From positions 1,455,717 through 1,519,716 of the forward strand of contig MU056898.1 in NCBI GenBank assembly GCA_013239625.1: a DNA stretch of 64,000 bases. Direction: 5' to 3'. The notes under the pieces are model-generated. The model had not been told where the DNA came from. It saw nothing but the letters and a program-made list of their open reading frames with translations, and ran no database searches. The stretch comes from Lama guanicoe (Eukaryota). Below are positions 36,901-48,900 of the stretch, piece after piece. The position numbers and the translations under genes are program-made. Positions within the stretch are counted from its first letter, which is position 1. Each line of letters opens with the position of its first letter.

Positions 36901-39900
36901 CACCCCTGCAGCAGCCACACCTGCCTCTGCATAGCCAGGTTTCCGCTGCCCCTCATACCACCCTCCCTGCAGACCTGACATCTCTAGGCGTCGGGCAGTG
37001 CGGGTGACCTGGGTAGCGGCCTCACACAGTTTTGGGGTTCACCGGGGGCTTGTGCTTGATCTTCAGCATGGGGTTGTCTGCTGCCTCAGTGACCTTGCGG
37101 AGAGCAGTCCCCTGTCTAGAGCGGCCGACGGGCCCAGACCTGAGTCCTCGTGTGGCGGCTGGGGCCTACCCTGACCTGAGATCGCTGTCTCCCTGCCTTG
37201 GCCCCAGCGCTTCTGGTCTAGACCACGTGTCCCCATGTCCCCGCCCTTCCCAGTGCCGGCCGGGCCGCTCTGCCCCACAGTCCTGCCTGCTTTCCACCCA
37301 GCCAGCACCACAGGGTGGGAGTAGCCTCTGTGTCCCCTGGCTGGCTCAGCGGCGTCTTAACCTCCTTGCATGTCTTCTGCGTTCCATCTGCTTGTGTTGG
37401 TCTCCTTGCTCTCCGTGTCCCATGTCCCGAGTCCTGGGTGTCGACGTCCACTGAAGGAACCTGCGTGTGGCTCTTGGGTTTCAGATGTGGAAGTGCTGAA
37501 GGTGGAGCGGATCCAGCTGATCGATGCCGTCCTGAACCTGTGCACCTACCACCACCCGGAGAACATCCAGCTGCCCCCGGGGTAAGGAGCCCCCCGGCCC
37601 AGGGCACGGGGCGCCCTCTTCCCGGCCTCTGCCCACTCGGCTGGCGCCCTCCTGGCTCCCCACACCCCGGCTCCTGGAGGCTGTCGCGGACACCTGCGAG
37701 GCCAGACTGCTCGGTGGACGACCCAAGGCCTGGTGCCCCGAATTCTCTCCTTTTCGGTGTCTCCGTCACTCAGCTCCGTTTTTCTGTGTGTGTGAACACG
37801 CGCATGGTGTTTCCTAGACAACAGTGAGCTTATGCTGTTTCCACAACCACCTTATGGATACAGTTCTCACACATTCCACCCGTTCAGAGCTCGTGACTCA
37901 GTGTGTTTGGTTCTTTCACGGGTTATGCAGCCGTCATCAGTCCAAGTTTAGGACATCGTCCCCCTAAAGAGACCCGCCCTGCTGGCCGTTCCTCTCCGCC
38001 TGCCTCCCCGCCCCCACACACAGCCGTGACGCCGCTCGTCAGCTCAGTCCCCGTGGATCTGACCTTTTTGGAAGTTGTGTGCAATTAGAGCTGTGAGGTT
38101 TGACCGGCTTTCTTCACTGAGTGTCGTGTGTTCAGGGTCCACACAGGTTGCAGTTTGTATCTGCTTCAATCCCCCTTGTGGCCGAGTAACGTGCCGCCGT
38201 GTGGACGCCCCGAGTTTTGTCCACCCGCGCAGCTGGTTGACACTCGGGCTACTTCCACTCTGACCGCCGTTAGCGGTGCTGCTGGGAACTCGTGGGTCCG
38301 CTCTGGGCAGACGTGCCTTCTCAGTTCTCGCGGGGACTCCCGGGAGTAGAATTGCCGGCTCGCGTGTTAATCTTCGGAGGAGCTGCTCCGACTCGCCTCC
38401 TCCCCACGCTGATGGCCCGGCGTTTGCACCTCGGCCGGCTTAGTGGGTGTGCCGCGGCAGCCCGTCTTGGCGTTGCCTTCCGTTTCTCTGATGCCGGTGG
38501 CAGTGGGGGTCTGTGCTCATGCTTGTGGGCCGTTCGAACGTGTGCTGTGGAGAAATGCGCTCAGGTCCTTGCCCAGTCCTACGGGGGGTGACTTGAATAC
38601 TTGCTGGGTCGTGAGAGCTCTCTGTACGTTCTGGACGCAGGATCGTTACATCTGTGATCTGCAGGCAGATCCCTCAGCAGGGCCCTCTGAGACACAGAAG
38701 GTTGCTGGGGCTTTTTTGTTTTGCTTGTTTGGGGCTTATTTTTCAGTTTCTGCATTTTTCTTAATTTTGTTCTTTATTGAAGCGCAGTTGATTGGGTCAC
38801 AGAAGGCTTCAATCCTGATACGGTCTGATTTGTTTTTCTTCGGTTTCTTGGGTTTTTGTGTCATGTCTAAGAAACCATTGCTGCATCTAAGGGCACAAAC
38901 CTGCTCCTGTGTTTTCTGCTGAAACTCCTGCAGTGTACGTCCTGACCCTTAGTCTGTTACCCGTTTTGAGTTTGCTGGTCTGTGGTGGGAAGTGTGGCCC
39001 GACTTCATCCCTCCCCGCGGGTGCCTGGCTGCCCGAGCATCGCTGTTGAAGCGACCGCCCCCTGTTAAAGGTCAGCACCCTTGTCGCTCGGCAGCTGACC
39101 TGCAGCACCTTTGACCACCTGTGCTGGACCCTGAGCTGTGCTCACTCACCTGCATACCTGTCCTCATTCCTGCCTCAGAGTCTTCGTTGCTGGACTGTTG
39201 TGCTGGGCTTTTGAACTTGGAAAGTGCGAGTCCTCCACTTTGCTCTTTGTCAAGATCAGTTTGGCTCTTCTGGGTCCTTGTGTCGCTGTGTGAAGTTTAG
39301 GGTCGTCTTGCTGATGTCCACAGGACAGCCAGCTGGGACTGGTTGGGGAGCGCTGCCAAGTTGGTGTCTCTGATCTGTGTCCTCCTTTCTGGCAACCGCT
39401 TAGCCGCTTCCTGTTTCATCATCTGCACAGGCTGTGCCTTGATCGTGATTGCGACCTGCGTGACCTCTGGCTGCCATTACGGTTACGTGTGGGTGGGTGC
39501 TGGGGCGTTTTCTGGCTTTCTGATGTGAAGGACAGTCACGATGACTAACGTTATCGAGCGTTACTACTTTATTACGTTCCCGTTTCGCAGGTGGGAGGCT
39601 GAGGCTAGAAGCTCGGAGCTGGGGTGCGGTCCCTGGGGCAGGCTCTGAGCAGTCCCAGAGGGGAGCTACCGACCTTACGACCTGTGAGGTGGTCACTGGC
39701 CAACCTCTTTGCGCCTTGCCACCCAGCCCAGACCGAGTCCTCTCTTTGACCACGTGTGGCAGGCCGAGCTGTGGACACCTTGTGTTTCAGGTATCAGCCT
39801 CCGAACCTCGCCATCTCCACCCTCTACTGGAAGGCGTGGCCCCTCCTGCTGGTTGTTGCCGCCTTCAACCCGGAGAACATCGGTGAGCCCCCTCTGGCCC

Positions 39901-42900
39901 GCTGTGGTCACCTTGGCTGCTGTTGACCTTTTCTCCTGGGGGGCATCCTGCTCGTCAGGACCTGGAGCAGAGCCTGGCTGGGGCCTGGATGACGAGCTGG
40001 GCAGGGGTGGCTCTCAGGGACCAGCGGGTGACCACGTAGGAGTGCTGTGCCCCAGCTGCCACGTGTTGTGCCCTTGCCCCCTAGGCCTGGCTGCCTGGGA
40101 GGAGTATCCCACGCTGAAGATGCTCATGGAGATGGTGATGACCAAGTAAGCGGCTCGCGGCTGCGGGGCCGCAGGCACAGCGCTGGCAGCGGGGCGCGCG
40201 GGGGCCCGGCTGCCCTGAGGCCTCTCCCTTCTCTGTGCTGCCCGGCCTCCTCCTGTCGTGGCTTTGGTTTCTGAGTCTGTCTGCTGAGCGCTGGTCTCTG
40301 CCTGTGCCAGGGCGGGGCAGCGAGTGTGTGTGTATGTGTGTGTACACCTACCTATGAGAGCAGGGACTGGGTGCACGTGGCCAGAGGCTGGGGACGGAAG
40401 TTCTGCTCCCTTGCATCTCTGCCAGCCGTCCTCTCTCTGACCCAGGAACTGACTTGGGGGCTTAAGGACAGCCCCCAGAGGGTAGCCATCGCAGGAAACT
40501 AGACTGGATTTCAGACTGAGAGTAGTCCAGCCCCGAGTCAGCCTGGGGATGCCCTGTGTGCCTTGGGCTGTGTGGCTGGTTGGAAGGGACCGTGGTGTGG
40601 GCATCCTGGTTGGTTGCTGCTCTAGGTCCAGGATCCTGACCACGTCAGCCTGTCGTCAGCCTGATGTCAGAGGCAGCCTGCATGCTGTCATGTGAAGGGA
40701 GGGGGCAGCTGGGCGTGGGCTCTGAGGTCTGACTGTGACCACATTGCCGATGTCCCCCCGCCCCCAGCCCCGGGTACCCCCTGCCACTTGAGGGCTTGTG
40801 CTGTGCACTGGGTGAGGGACGCTGTCGTGAGTCTTGACCCCCACCCTGAGTGCGTCTGACGGTGTGGAAACGAGCTCTCCTGCTTGGCCCCAGCAATTAC
40901 TCCTACCCGCCGTGCACCCTAACGGACGAGGAGACCCGGACTGAGATGGTCAACCGGGAGCTGCAGATCTCTCAGCGGGAGAAGCAGGAGATCCTGGCCT
41001 TCGAGGGGCACCTGGCGGCTGCTTCCACCAAGCAGACCATCACCGAGAGCAGCAGTCTCCTCCTGTCTCAGCTCACCAGCCTGGACCCCCAGTAGGCATT
41101 GCAGGCCCGCGGGGCTGAGCGGGGATGGGCAGGTGGAGGGTGGGGGCCCAGGCTGGAGGAGCGGCCCCCAGGTGCCTGGCGCCCCAGCCCCCGGCCGCTG
41201 GCCTGTGTTTCCACCAGGGCGGTGAGCCCTGCGGTGAAGCCGGGAGCCTCCTCAGCGGGGCTGGGAGAGGCGGGAGGACGGCCGGCCCCTTGCAGACCCA
41301 CCCTCACCCACCCGCCATCGTCTTTGTGAGGCGTCGCACTCACGGCTTTGACACACTCGTGTCCCTGGGACTTGCAGAGGGCCCCCCCGGAGGCCACCCC
41401 CTCACATCCTGGACCAGGTGAAAGGCCTCAACCAGTCCCTCCGCCTTGGGCATCTGCTGTGTCGCAGCCGGAACCCGGACTTCCTGCTCAACATCATTCA
41501 GAGACAGGCGAGTCCGGGGGGGCGGGTCCCCAGGGGCTGGGCCCCGGGGAGGGCAGGCGGGGACCCTCAGGTGTCAGCGGGCCCTGGCGTTGACTGAAGC
41601 CGCAGCCAGAGCACGGCACACAGGGGGCGAGGGACACACACCACTGGCCTCTCCGTGTGCAGATGATGCCCGCCCCCACGGCCACTATGGGGCACCACGT
41701 GCTGCCCCCACAGGGGGCCGGCGGGCTGAGCACGTGGGACTCCGGGCTGCCTTGGGGTTCCCAGCGGGAGGGCGGGCAGAAGGGTCCGCAGGGACTGCGG
41801 CAGGTTGAACTGGAGAGAGCCGTGTCGCCGCCCCACCCAGGCCTCCTCGCAGTCCATGCCCTGGCTGGCCGACCTGGTGCAGTCCAGCGAGGGCTCCCTG
41901 GATGTGCTGCCCGTGCAGTGCCTGTGCGAGTTCTTGCTGCATGATGCGGCCGACGACCCCGCTTCCGGGGAGGAGGAGGAGGAGGGCGAGAGCAAAGAGC
42001 AGAAGGCCAAGAAGCGGCAGGTGGGTGCCCGCCCCTCCCCTGCCTTCGCCCCCGCCCCACCGGCCCTGGTGGCCCGCCTGAAGGTCCCCCTCGCCCCTGC
42101 AGAGGCAACAGAAGCAGCGGCAGCTCCTGGGCCGCCTGCAGGACCTCCTGCTGGGCCCCAAGGCTGACGAGCAGACCACGTGTGAGGTGCTGGACTACTT
42201 CCTGCGGCGCCTCGGCTCCTCCCAGGTGGCCTCCAGGGTGCTGGCCATGAAGGTGACTCGGCGGCTGGTCCCCTGCCCTCCCCTGCCTGGGCTTCTCTTC
42301 TCTTGTCAAAGCGAGTGCTCGTTCCCACCTGGGTGGTTGTTGTAGCTGACTCGTGCTTAGAGGGGAAACGGTAGTGAAGTTTGCGAGAACCAGAGCCTTT
42401 CCCCGTCGCCTGGGGGTGCTTCCCTGGGTGGTGGCAGCCCGTCCTGAGAGTGGCTGGGAGCCCTCCTGCTGCGTCCCCGCCCCTGGGCTGCAAGGGAGCC
42501 GGGGGGCACAGGGGTGAGGCCCAGCACCCGTCTGCTTGTAGGGCTTGTCCCTGGTGCTCTCGGAGGGCAGCCTGCGCGACGGGGAGGAGAAGGAGCCGCC
42601 CCTGGAGGAGGACGCGGGGGACACGGACGCGCTGCAGGGCTACCAGTGGCTGCTGCGGGACCTGCCCAGGTTGCCCCTGTTCGACAGTGTGAGGACCACC
42701 ACCGCCCTGGCGCTGCAGCAGGTGAGGGCGCCGTGCGGGGGTGGGGCGGGCCGACTGCCTGGGGCGCGCTCACACAGCCCTCTCCCCAGGCCATCCACAT
42801 GGAGACTGACCCGCAGACCATCAGCGCCTATCTGGTCTACCTGTCCCAGCACACGCCCGTGGAGGAACAGGGCCAGCACAGCGACCTGGCCCTGGTGAGG

Positions 42901-45900
42901 GGCGGGGCGAGGGGACTCAGTGGCCAGGCCTGGTCAGGGCAGACGGCTGCATCTTGACTGTGGGCTCTGAGCGCCCGGCTGCCTTTTTGGTGACCTGTCC
43001 AGAGCAGGGGTTAAGGGCAGGAGACGCAGGTGCTGCTCTGGTCACTCTGGGCTCTGGGAGGGCGGGGGACCGACCCAGGAGTCTCTGCGGCAGGGGTCCA
43101 CGGGGTCCCTCTGGGCAGGGCGCTGTGAGCTGGGCGCATGTCTGTTACCTCTCCTGTCCTGCTCTTTCCTGGTCAGAAGGTTCTGACCTTGCTCTCCCGC
43201 CCACTTGTTGGCCGACAGTGACAGGGTTCCTGCGGAATGGACAAGTGGAGGGGACGAGGGGTTGGGCAGAGGACAAAGGTCAATGGGCAGGGGGATCTGT
43301 CTGAGTCTGGGTTCCTCTCCCAGAACTGGACAATGAGAGAAGCCCAGGCCTCGGGGCTTTTGAGGTCTTGCTCTTCTGACTGGTCCAGGGGCTGGCCTGC
43401 CCTGGCCTGCCCTGCCCTGCATCCCTGCCCCGCATCCCGGCTGCAGGGCTCAGATACACAGCATCTGCTGCCTGCAGACAGCCTTTCCCCCTGGGTCTTG
43501 AGAAACCCGGACTCCTGCCGCTCAGGGCTGGTGCCTGTGCTTCCCGTGGCTCACGCCCTCTTCATGCCGCCGTCCCTCCCAGGGAGCCTGGCTGGCTGTG
43601 GCCCTGTGCAGCTGGGGGCCCCGCGGGTGTGGCAGCTGCACCGGCCGGGATGCGGAGAGCATGGGAGCCCTCTGACGCCACGCCCTCCCACCCTGCCGCA
43701 GGACGTGGCTCGGCTGGTCGTGGAGCGCTCCACTGTCATGTCCCACCTCTTCTCCAAGCGCTCCTGCAGCGCCGAGTCGGATGCCGTGCTGGTCGCCCTG
43801 CTGGCCATTTTCTCCCGCTATGTGCGGCGCATGCGCAAGAGCAAGGAGGGCGAGGAGGTCTACAGCTGGGTACGGCGGCGGTCGGGCATCCCGGGCCCTC
43901 GGGGTCCTCGCCTCGGCCTGCTCACCCCTTCTCCTCTTCCAGTCAGAGTCACAGGACCAGGTCTTCCTTCGCTGGACCAGTGGGGAGACAGCCACCATGC
44001 ACATCCTGGTGGTCCACGCCATGGTCATCCTCCTGACGCTGGGGCCACCCCGCGGTGAGCAGCCCGCAGGCAGGGTTGGGGGCGCCAGGTCTCCCGCAGA
44101 GTGGCGGTGGATGCCCTCCCCTGCCTGTCCGAGTGCACCCCAGGGAGCACGTGAGATCCCCACACGGGGCCTCATGTACTGCTGCCCCACAGGTGGACAG
44201 GCCGGTGGTTTGCACACTCCTGCCACCTTGGCCCCCATGCTGTCCCATCGCTGGGAGCACGTGGTCGGCACCAGACGCCTTCCGTGCCTGCTCCTTACTT
44301 TTTTGGCCCAGCTGCTTGGCAGATGGCAGTTCCTGGAGGTGGAGGTGTCCGCGGGGGGCTGCCCAGTTGAGGGAACCCTGGGGCCAGGCCAGTGAGGTCC
44401 AGGTCCTCTCCACGGGCCTTGGGGTGTGGCCCTCGACTCGCTGGCTGTGGGCTGTGGGCTGTGTCCAGAGCCGGGGGATCCTCCGGCAGCCTCCCCTCCT
44501 GTCATCCACCGTCCTGACCGCTGCGGACAGCTCCACCACTCACTCGTATCCGAGAGTGGTGGGGAGGCTGGGACCCTTTGCTGGGACTGGTGCCCTGTGG
44601 GCTGTGCCGGGAAGGTGACCCCTGCCAGGACTCGGCGAGCTGTGGGTGGTGAGGGGGGCTGGCCTGATGCTGCCTGGCCTGTCGGCTTCCCGGGACTTGG
44701 AGCCCGAGCGCTGGAAGGAGCTGGTTCATCCGAGCCCACAGAGCCCAGAGAGCGTGTGGCCCGGGCCACGTGCAGTCCCCTGGGCAGCCTGGCCAGTTTC
44801 TCTGCCGTCGCTTTCTCCACCATGGGGTGGGGCGAGGCAGCAGTTACGAGGGTTAGACAAGTTACTTACTTGCGCGAAGCCTTGGGCGGGTGGGTGCGCC
44901 CGGCCCTCAGCGGAGCCTTCCGTGTCCCTCCACAGCCCAGGACCGCCTTCTAAACTGAAACACGCTGGCCCTCCCAGCCTTGGCTCTCAGCCGTCCGTGT
45001 GGCCGGGCCCCTTGGATGCCGAGGTCTGGGAAGGCCTCACAGAGCCCACTCTGTGTTCTCTCCTGAAGCTGGTGACGGTGAGTTCCGGGCGCTGTTGGAC
45101 ATCTGGTTTCCGGAGAAGAAGCCTCTGCCCACAGCCTTCCTGGTGGACACATCGGAGGAGGCGCTTCTGCTGCCTGACTGGCTGAAGCTGCGCATGATCC
45201 GCTCGGAGGTCCCGCGCCTAGTGGACGCTGGTACGGCCGGGGGTCCAGGCCAGGCCAGGAGCCGGCCGGGGTGTGTGTGTTCTGGCAGGGAGGACAGCTC
45301 GGGGCCTCTTGTGGGTTCCGGGGTGTCTGTTATTCAGCAGGCTCCGCAGAGCTGTCAGCATGCCAGGGAGGGCCCAGGGCCTGCACTGACCCTGCCCGTG
45401 AGCCCCAGCGGTCAGGTGGGAGGGCCCAGTGCCGGAGGAGGGACAAAGAGCAAGCAGTCCTAGAGTTGGGAAGGAAGCAGGGAAGGGCTAGGGCCTCTGA
45501 GCTGGTTTGGTGGGGGTGTCGGTGGCCTGTAGCGAGGAGGGGGCACCAGTAGGGGCTGGAGCAGCACCCCGCGGGGCGGCAGGCCAGGCGGTTTGGGACG
45601 CAGCTTGGCGGGGGAGGAGGGCTAACCTGGGTGCGCAGCGAGGACGCGCTTGGAGGACCCTGGATGCGGAGTGTAGGGAGCCGCCGCTGACCCCGGGGAG
45701 CTGGGGTCCAGCGGGAGGGCACGCAGGGCTGGCTGCGGCCTCGTGACGTGGGAGGGGCCGGCCCCCCAGGGGCCCCTCCCCTTGGGGTTGCTGAGGGGGC
45801 CGTGCCCTCAGCCTTGCAGGACCTGGAGCCCCAGCAGCTGCTGCTGTTCGTGCAGTCCTTCGGCATCCCCGTGTCCAGCATGAGCAAGCTGCTCCAGTAC

Positions 45901-48900
45901 CTGGACCAGGCGGTGGCCCACGACCCCCAGACCCTGGAGCAGAACATCATGGATAAGAGTGAGGGCGGGCCACGCGGGGGCGGGGCCGGGGCCGGGGGAT
46001 GCGCGGGGGCTGGGCTGGGGGCACGCTGGGGCACCTGTCCAGCTGCCCAGGTCTCTGTTCCTTGGAGATTAGAGGGTGTGGGGCCGGTGAGGGAGCCTGG
46101 GGTGTGTCCCCCTACTGCAGGTTTCTCTGGGGAGGAGAGCTCTCCTTCCTGTGGGGCCTATGTTTACCCTGGTTGCTGCTTCACAGACTACATGGCTCAC
46201 CTGGTGGAGGTTCAGCACGAACGAGGGGCGTCCGGAGGCCAGACTTTCCACTCACTGCTCACAGCCGCCCTGCCCGCCCGGCGAGGTAGCAGCCAGCCCC
46301 GCCCCGACTCGCGCACGCTGCTCCGGAAGCGCTTGCCGCCGGCAGTGTCCCAGCGCCTCTTTATCAGCCCACTCCTTGTGGGCCTCGGCAGGCCTGTGTG
46401 AGGCCAGGGTCCCAGGGGTCAGCCCCTCTGCAGGGCCTGTGAGCGGGCTCCTCCCTGGGCGGTGGGCCCCCCGGCGAGACTGGCCTTGGTTGGCGTGGCT
46501 CCTGCTGAAACTGGCTAGGAAGAGGTTCCAGCTGACACCCACTCCATCCCTGCAGACAGTGCAGAGGCACCGAAACCCAAAGGCAGCCCAGAGCAGCCGC
46601 CGGGCCAGGGCAGGACCCGGGCCGTGACTCAGGTGCGGGTGCTCGGCCCCGAGGACGACTTGGCCAGCATACTTCTGCAGGTACGGGACCCCTGCCCTCC
46701 CGCCCGCAGAGAGGGGTCTTACCCTGGAGCCCAGCCGGGGGCCCTCTCTGCACCATCCTCACCCCTCCTCACGGGGACACTGAGTGCAGAGCACTTGTGC
46801 CCTGGTTCACGCTGTCACACTTACGCACTGTGTGCGTGCAGTGTCCTCAGGTGTACACGTGGACAGATGCTCTTCCACAGACAGTGTCCTGGGCCCGGGC
46901 CTGTCCCCACTGTCCCCCACCCGAGGCCAGTACCAGTCACGAATGGAGAAGCCGAAATCTGTAGGGTCAGGGGCACGTCTGCTGCCTCACCCCGGAGCTA
47001 TGTCCCCTGCAGGCCCTTCTGGAGTCCTTGGCCCCCAACCGACTCCCCCTGGGAGAGTCTGGTGGGGACTGGGCAGCCCCTGGCAGGTCGAGGCAGGGTG
47101 AGGAGGCCTCCGCTGGGAAGGCTGAGTGCCCCCACCTTCTGGCCACGCGGTTCTGACTGCCCCCTCTTCCCCAGATCTTCCCGCTGAGCCCAGGCCCGCG
47201 GTGGCCAAGCTCCAGCGCCCGCCCTGCTGCCCTCGCGCTGCAGCAGGCTCTGGGCCAGGAGCTGGCACGAGTCCGCCAGGGGAGCCCAGAGGTGCCAGGT
47301 GTCGCAGTGCGCCTCCTGCAGGCCGTCGCCACTCTGCTCAGCTCCCCGCACGCCGGGGCCCTGGTGATGTCCATGCACCGGCACCACTTCCTCGCCTGCC
47401 CCCTGATGCGCCTGCTCTGCCAGTACCAGGTGGGGCCTCGGCAGCACCCTGTGCCTGGGCGGTGTGCACCGGCAGGGCCTCTGTCCCCAGTCCCCACCCC
47501 CCTGAGGCCTGTGCCTTCTGGGGTCAGGCCTTCCTGGGTCCTGGCCAACGGTGTCCTGACGCTGTCCTAGGACTTCCGTTCTTGCTCCTAAGTGAAAGGA
47601 GGAACTTCTGCTGTGGGTCCGGGGTAGATCCCGTCTCTGTCACAGAAACTTACCGCAAACAAGGCAGGAGGGGTCAGGGTTTCACTGCATGCCCACCGCT
47701 GGGTTCAGTAGCTCTAACACATCGTCCTCGTCTGCTCCTTGGCATGAGTGTGTTCTGTCACTCATGCTTGCGCGTGTGTGCGTGTTTTTTTAGCCTTTTC
47801 TCTGAACCATGTGAGAATAAGCTGCAAACAGGACAGCTCACAGGCAGTGGGGTTTGAAAGGATCTCTGCGAGTTCAGGGGACAGCGGGGGCCCTGCTGAG
47901 TGGCAGGTGGAGCGGCTACCCTCGGCCTGTGGTCTTCCCTGAGCTGTGCTGCCCTCTGTCCCCAGCGCTGTGTGCCCCAGGACACCGGCTTCTCGTCCCT
48001 TTTCCTCAAAGTGCTTATGCAGACCCTGCAGTGGCTGGACAGTCCCGCCGTGGAGCCCGGGCCCCTGCAGGCCCAGCTCAAGCTGTTCGCCACCCAGTAC
48101 TCCGCTCGACGCAGGATCAGTGATGGTGAGGGCCAGGCAGGGGCCCCCGGCTGTCCGCCACTGTGTCCAGGAGACCGCTTGTGCAGAGGGGCTGGGGGCA
48201 GCGGCAGCGTGTGTGTGGCTGAGTGGTTTGGTGGTCGGGGCTTCGGAGGCTCCTGGGGGAGGAAAGTGAACACGTAACCGAGGAGAGTCGCCCACCCCGG
48301 CCCTGGACAGGGCGGATGGGCGGCAGTCTGGTGGCTCACACGGAGGCCCCGCCCCTTCCCCCTCCCCCCCCGCAGTGCGAAGTGGGTTTTTGCACCTGGC
48401 GGAGGCCCTGACTTTCCGCGGGGACCCCGAAGTGGTCAGCTCCACTGTCCGGGCAGTCGTCGCCACCCTCAGGTCTGGGGAAGAGTGTGAGGTGGAGCCC
48501 GAGCTCGTCAGCAAAGGTACTTGGGCCCTTGACATGGTGAAGACCCCCAGCCATGCCACTCGGCACAGAGGTCCCCGCCTTGGGGGCCCCAGAGCCGGGC
48601 CTGTGGGGGTGGGACATCTGTGCTGGAGTCAGGTGGTCTGAGGGTGCCTCCTCCGTCCCCTGTAGTCCTCCAAGGTCTGATTGAGGTGAGGTCGCCTCAC
48701 CTGGAGGAGCTGCTGGCCGCCCTCTTCTCTGCCCCCTCCGCCTTCCCAGCCTCGAGGCCTGTGGCAGTGGTGAGCTCACTGCTGCTGCAGGAGGAGGAGC
48801 CCCCGGGAAAGCAGGACTCTGGCAGCTGCAGGTGAGCTGGGGGGGTGGCGGCCGGACTGAGGGGCAGCCCAGGGGACACCGGGCTGGCCACGCCTTAGCC

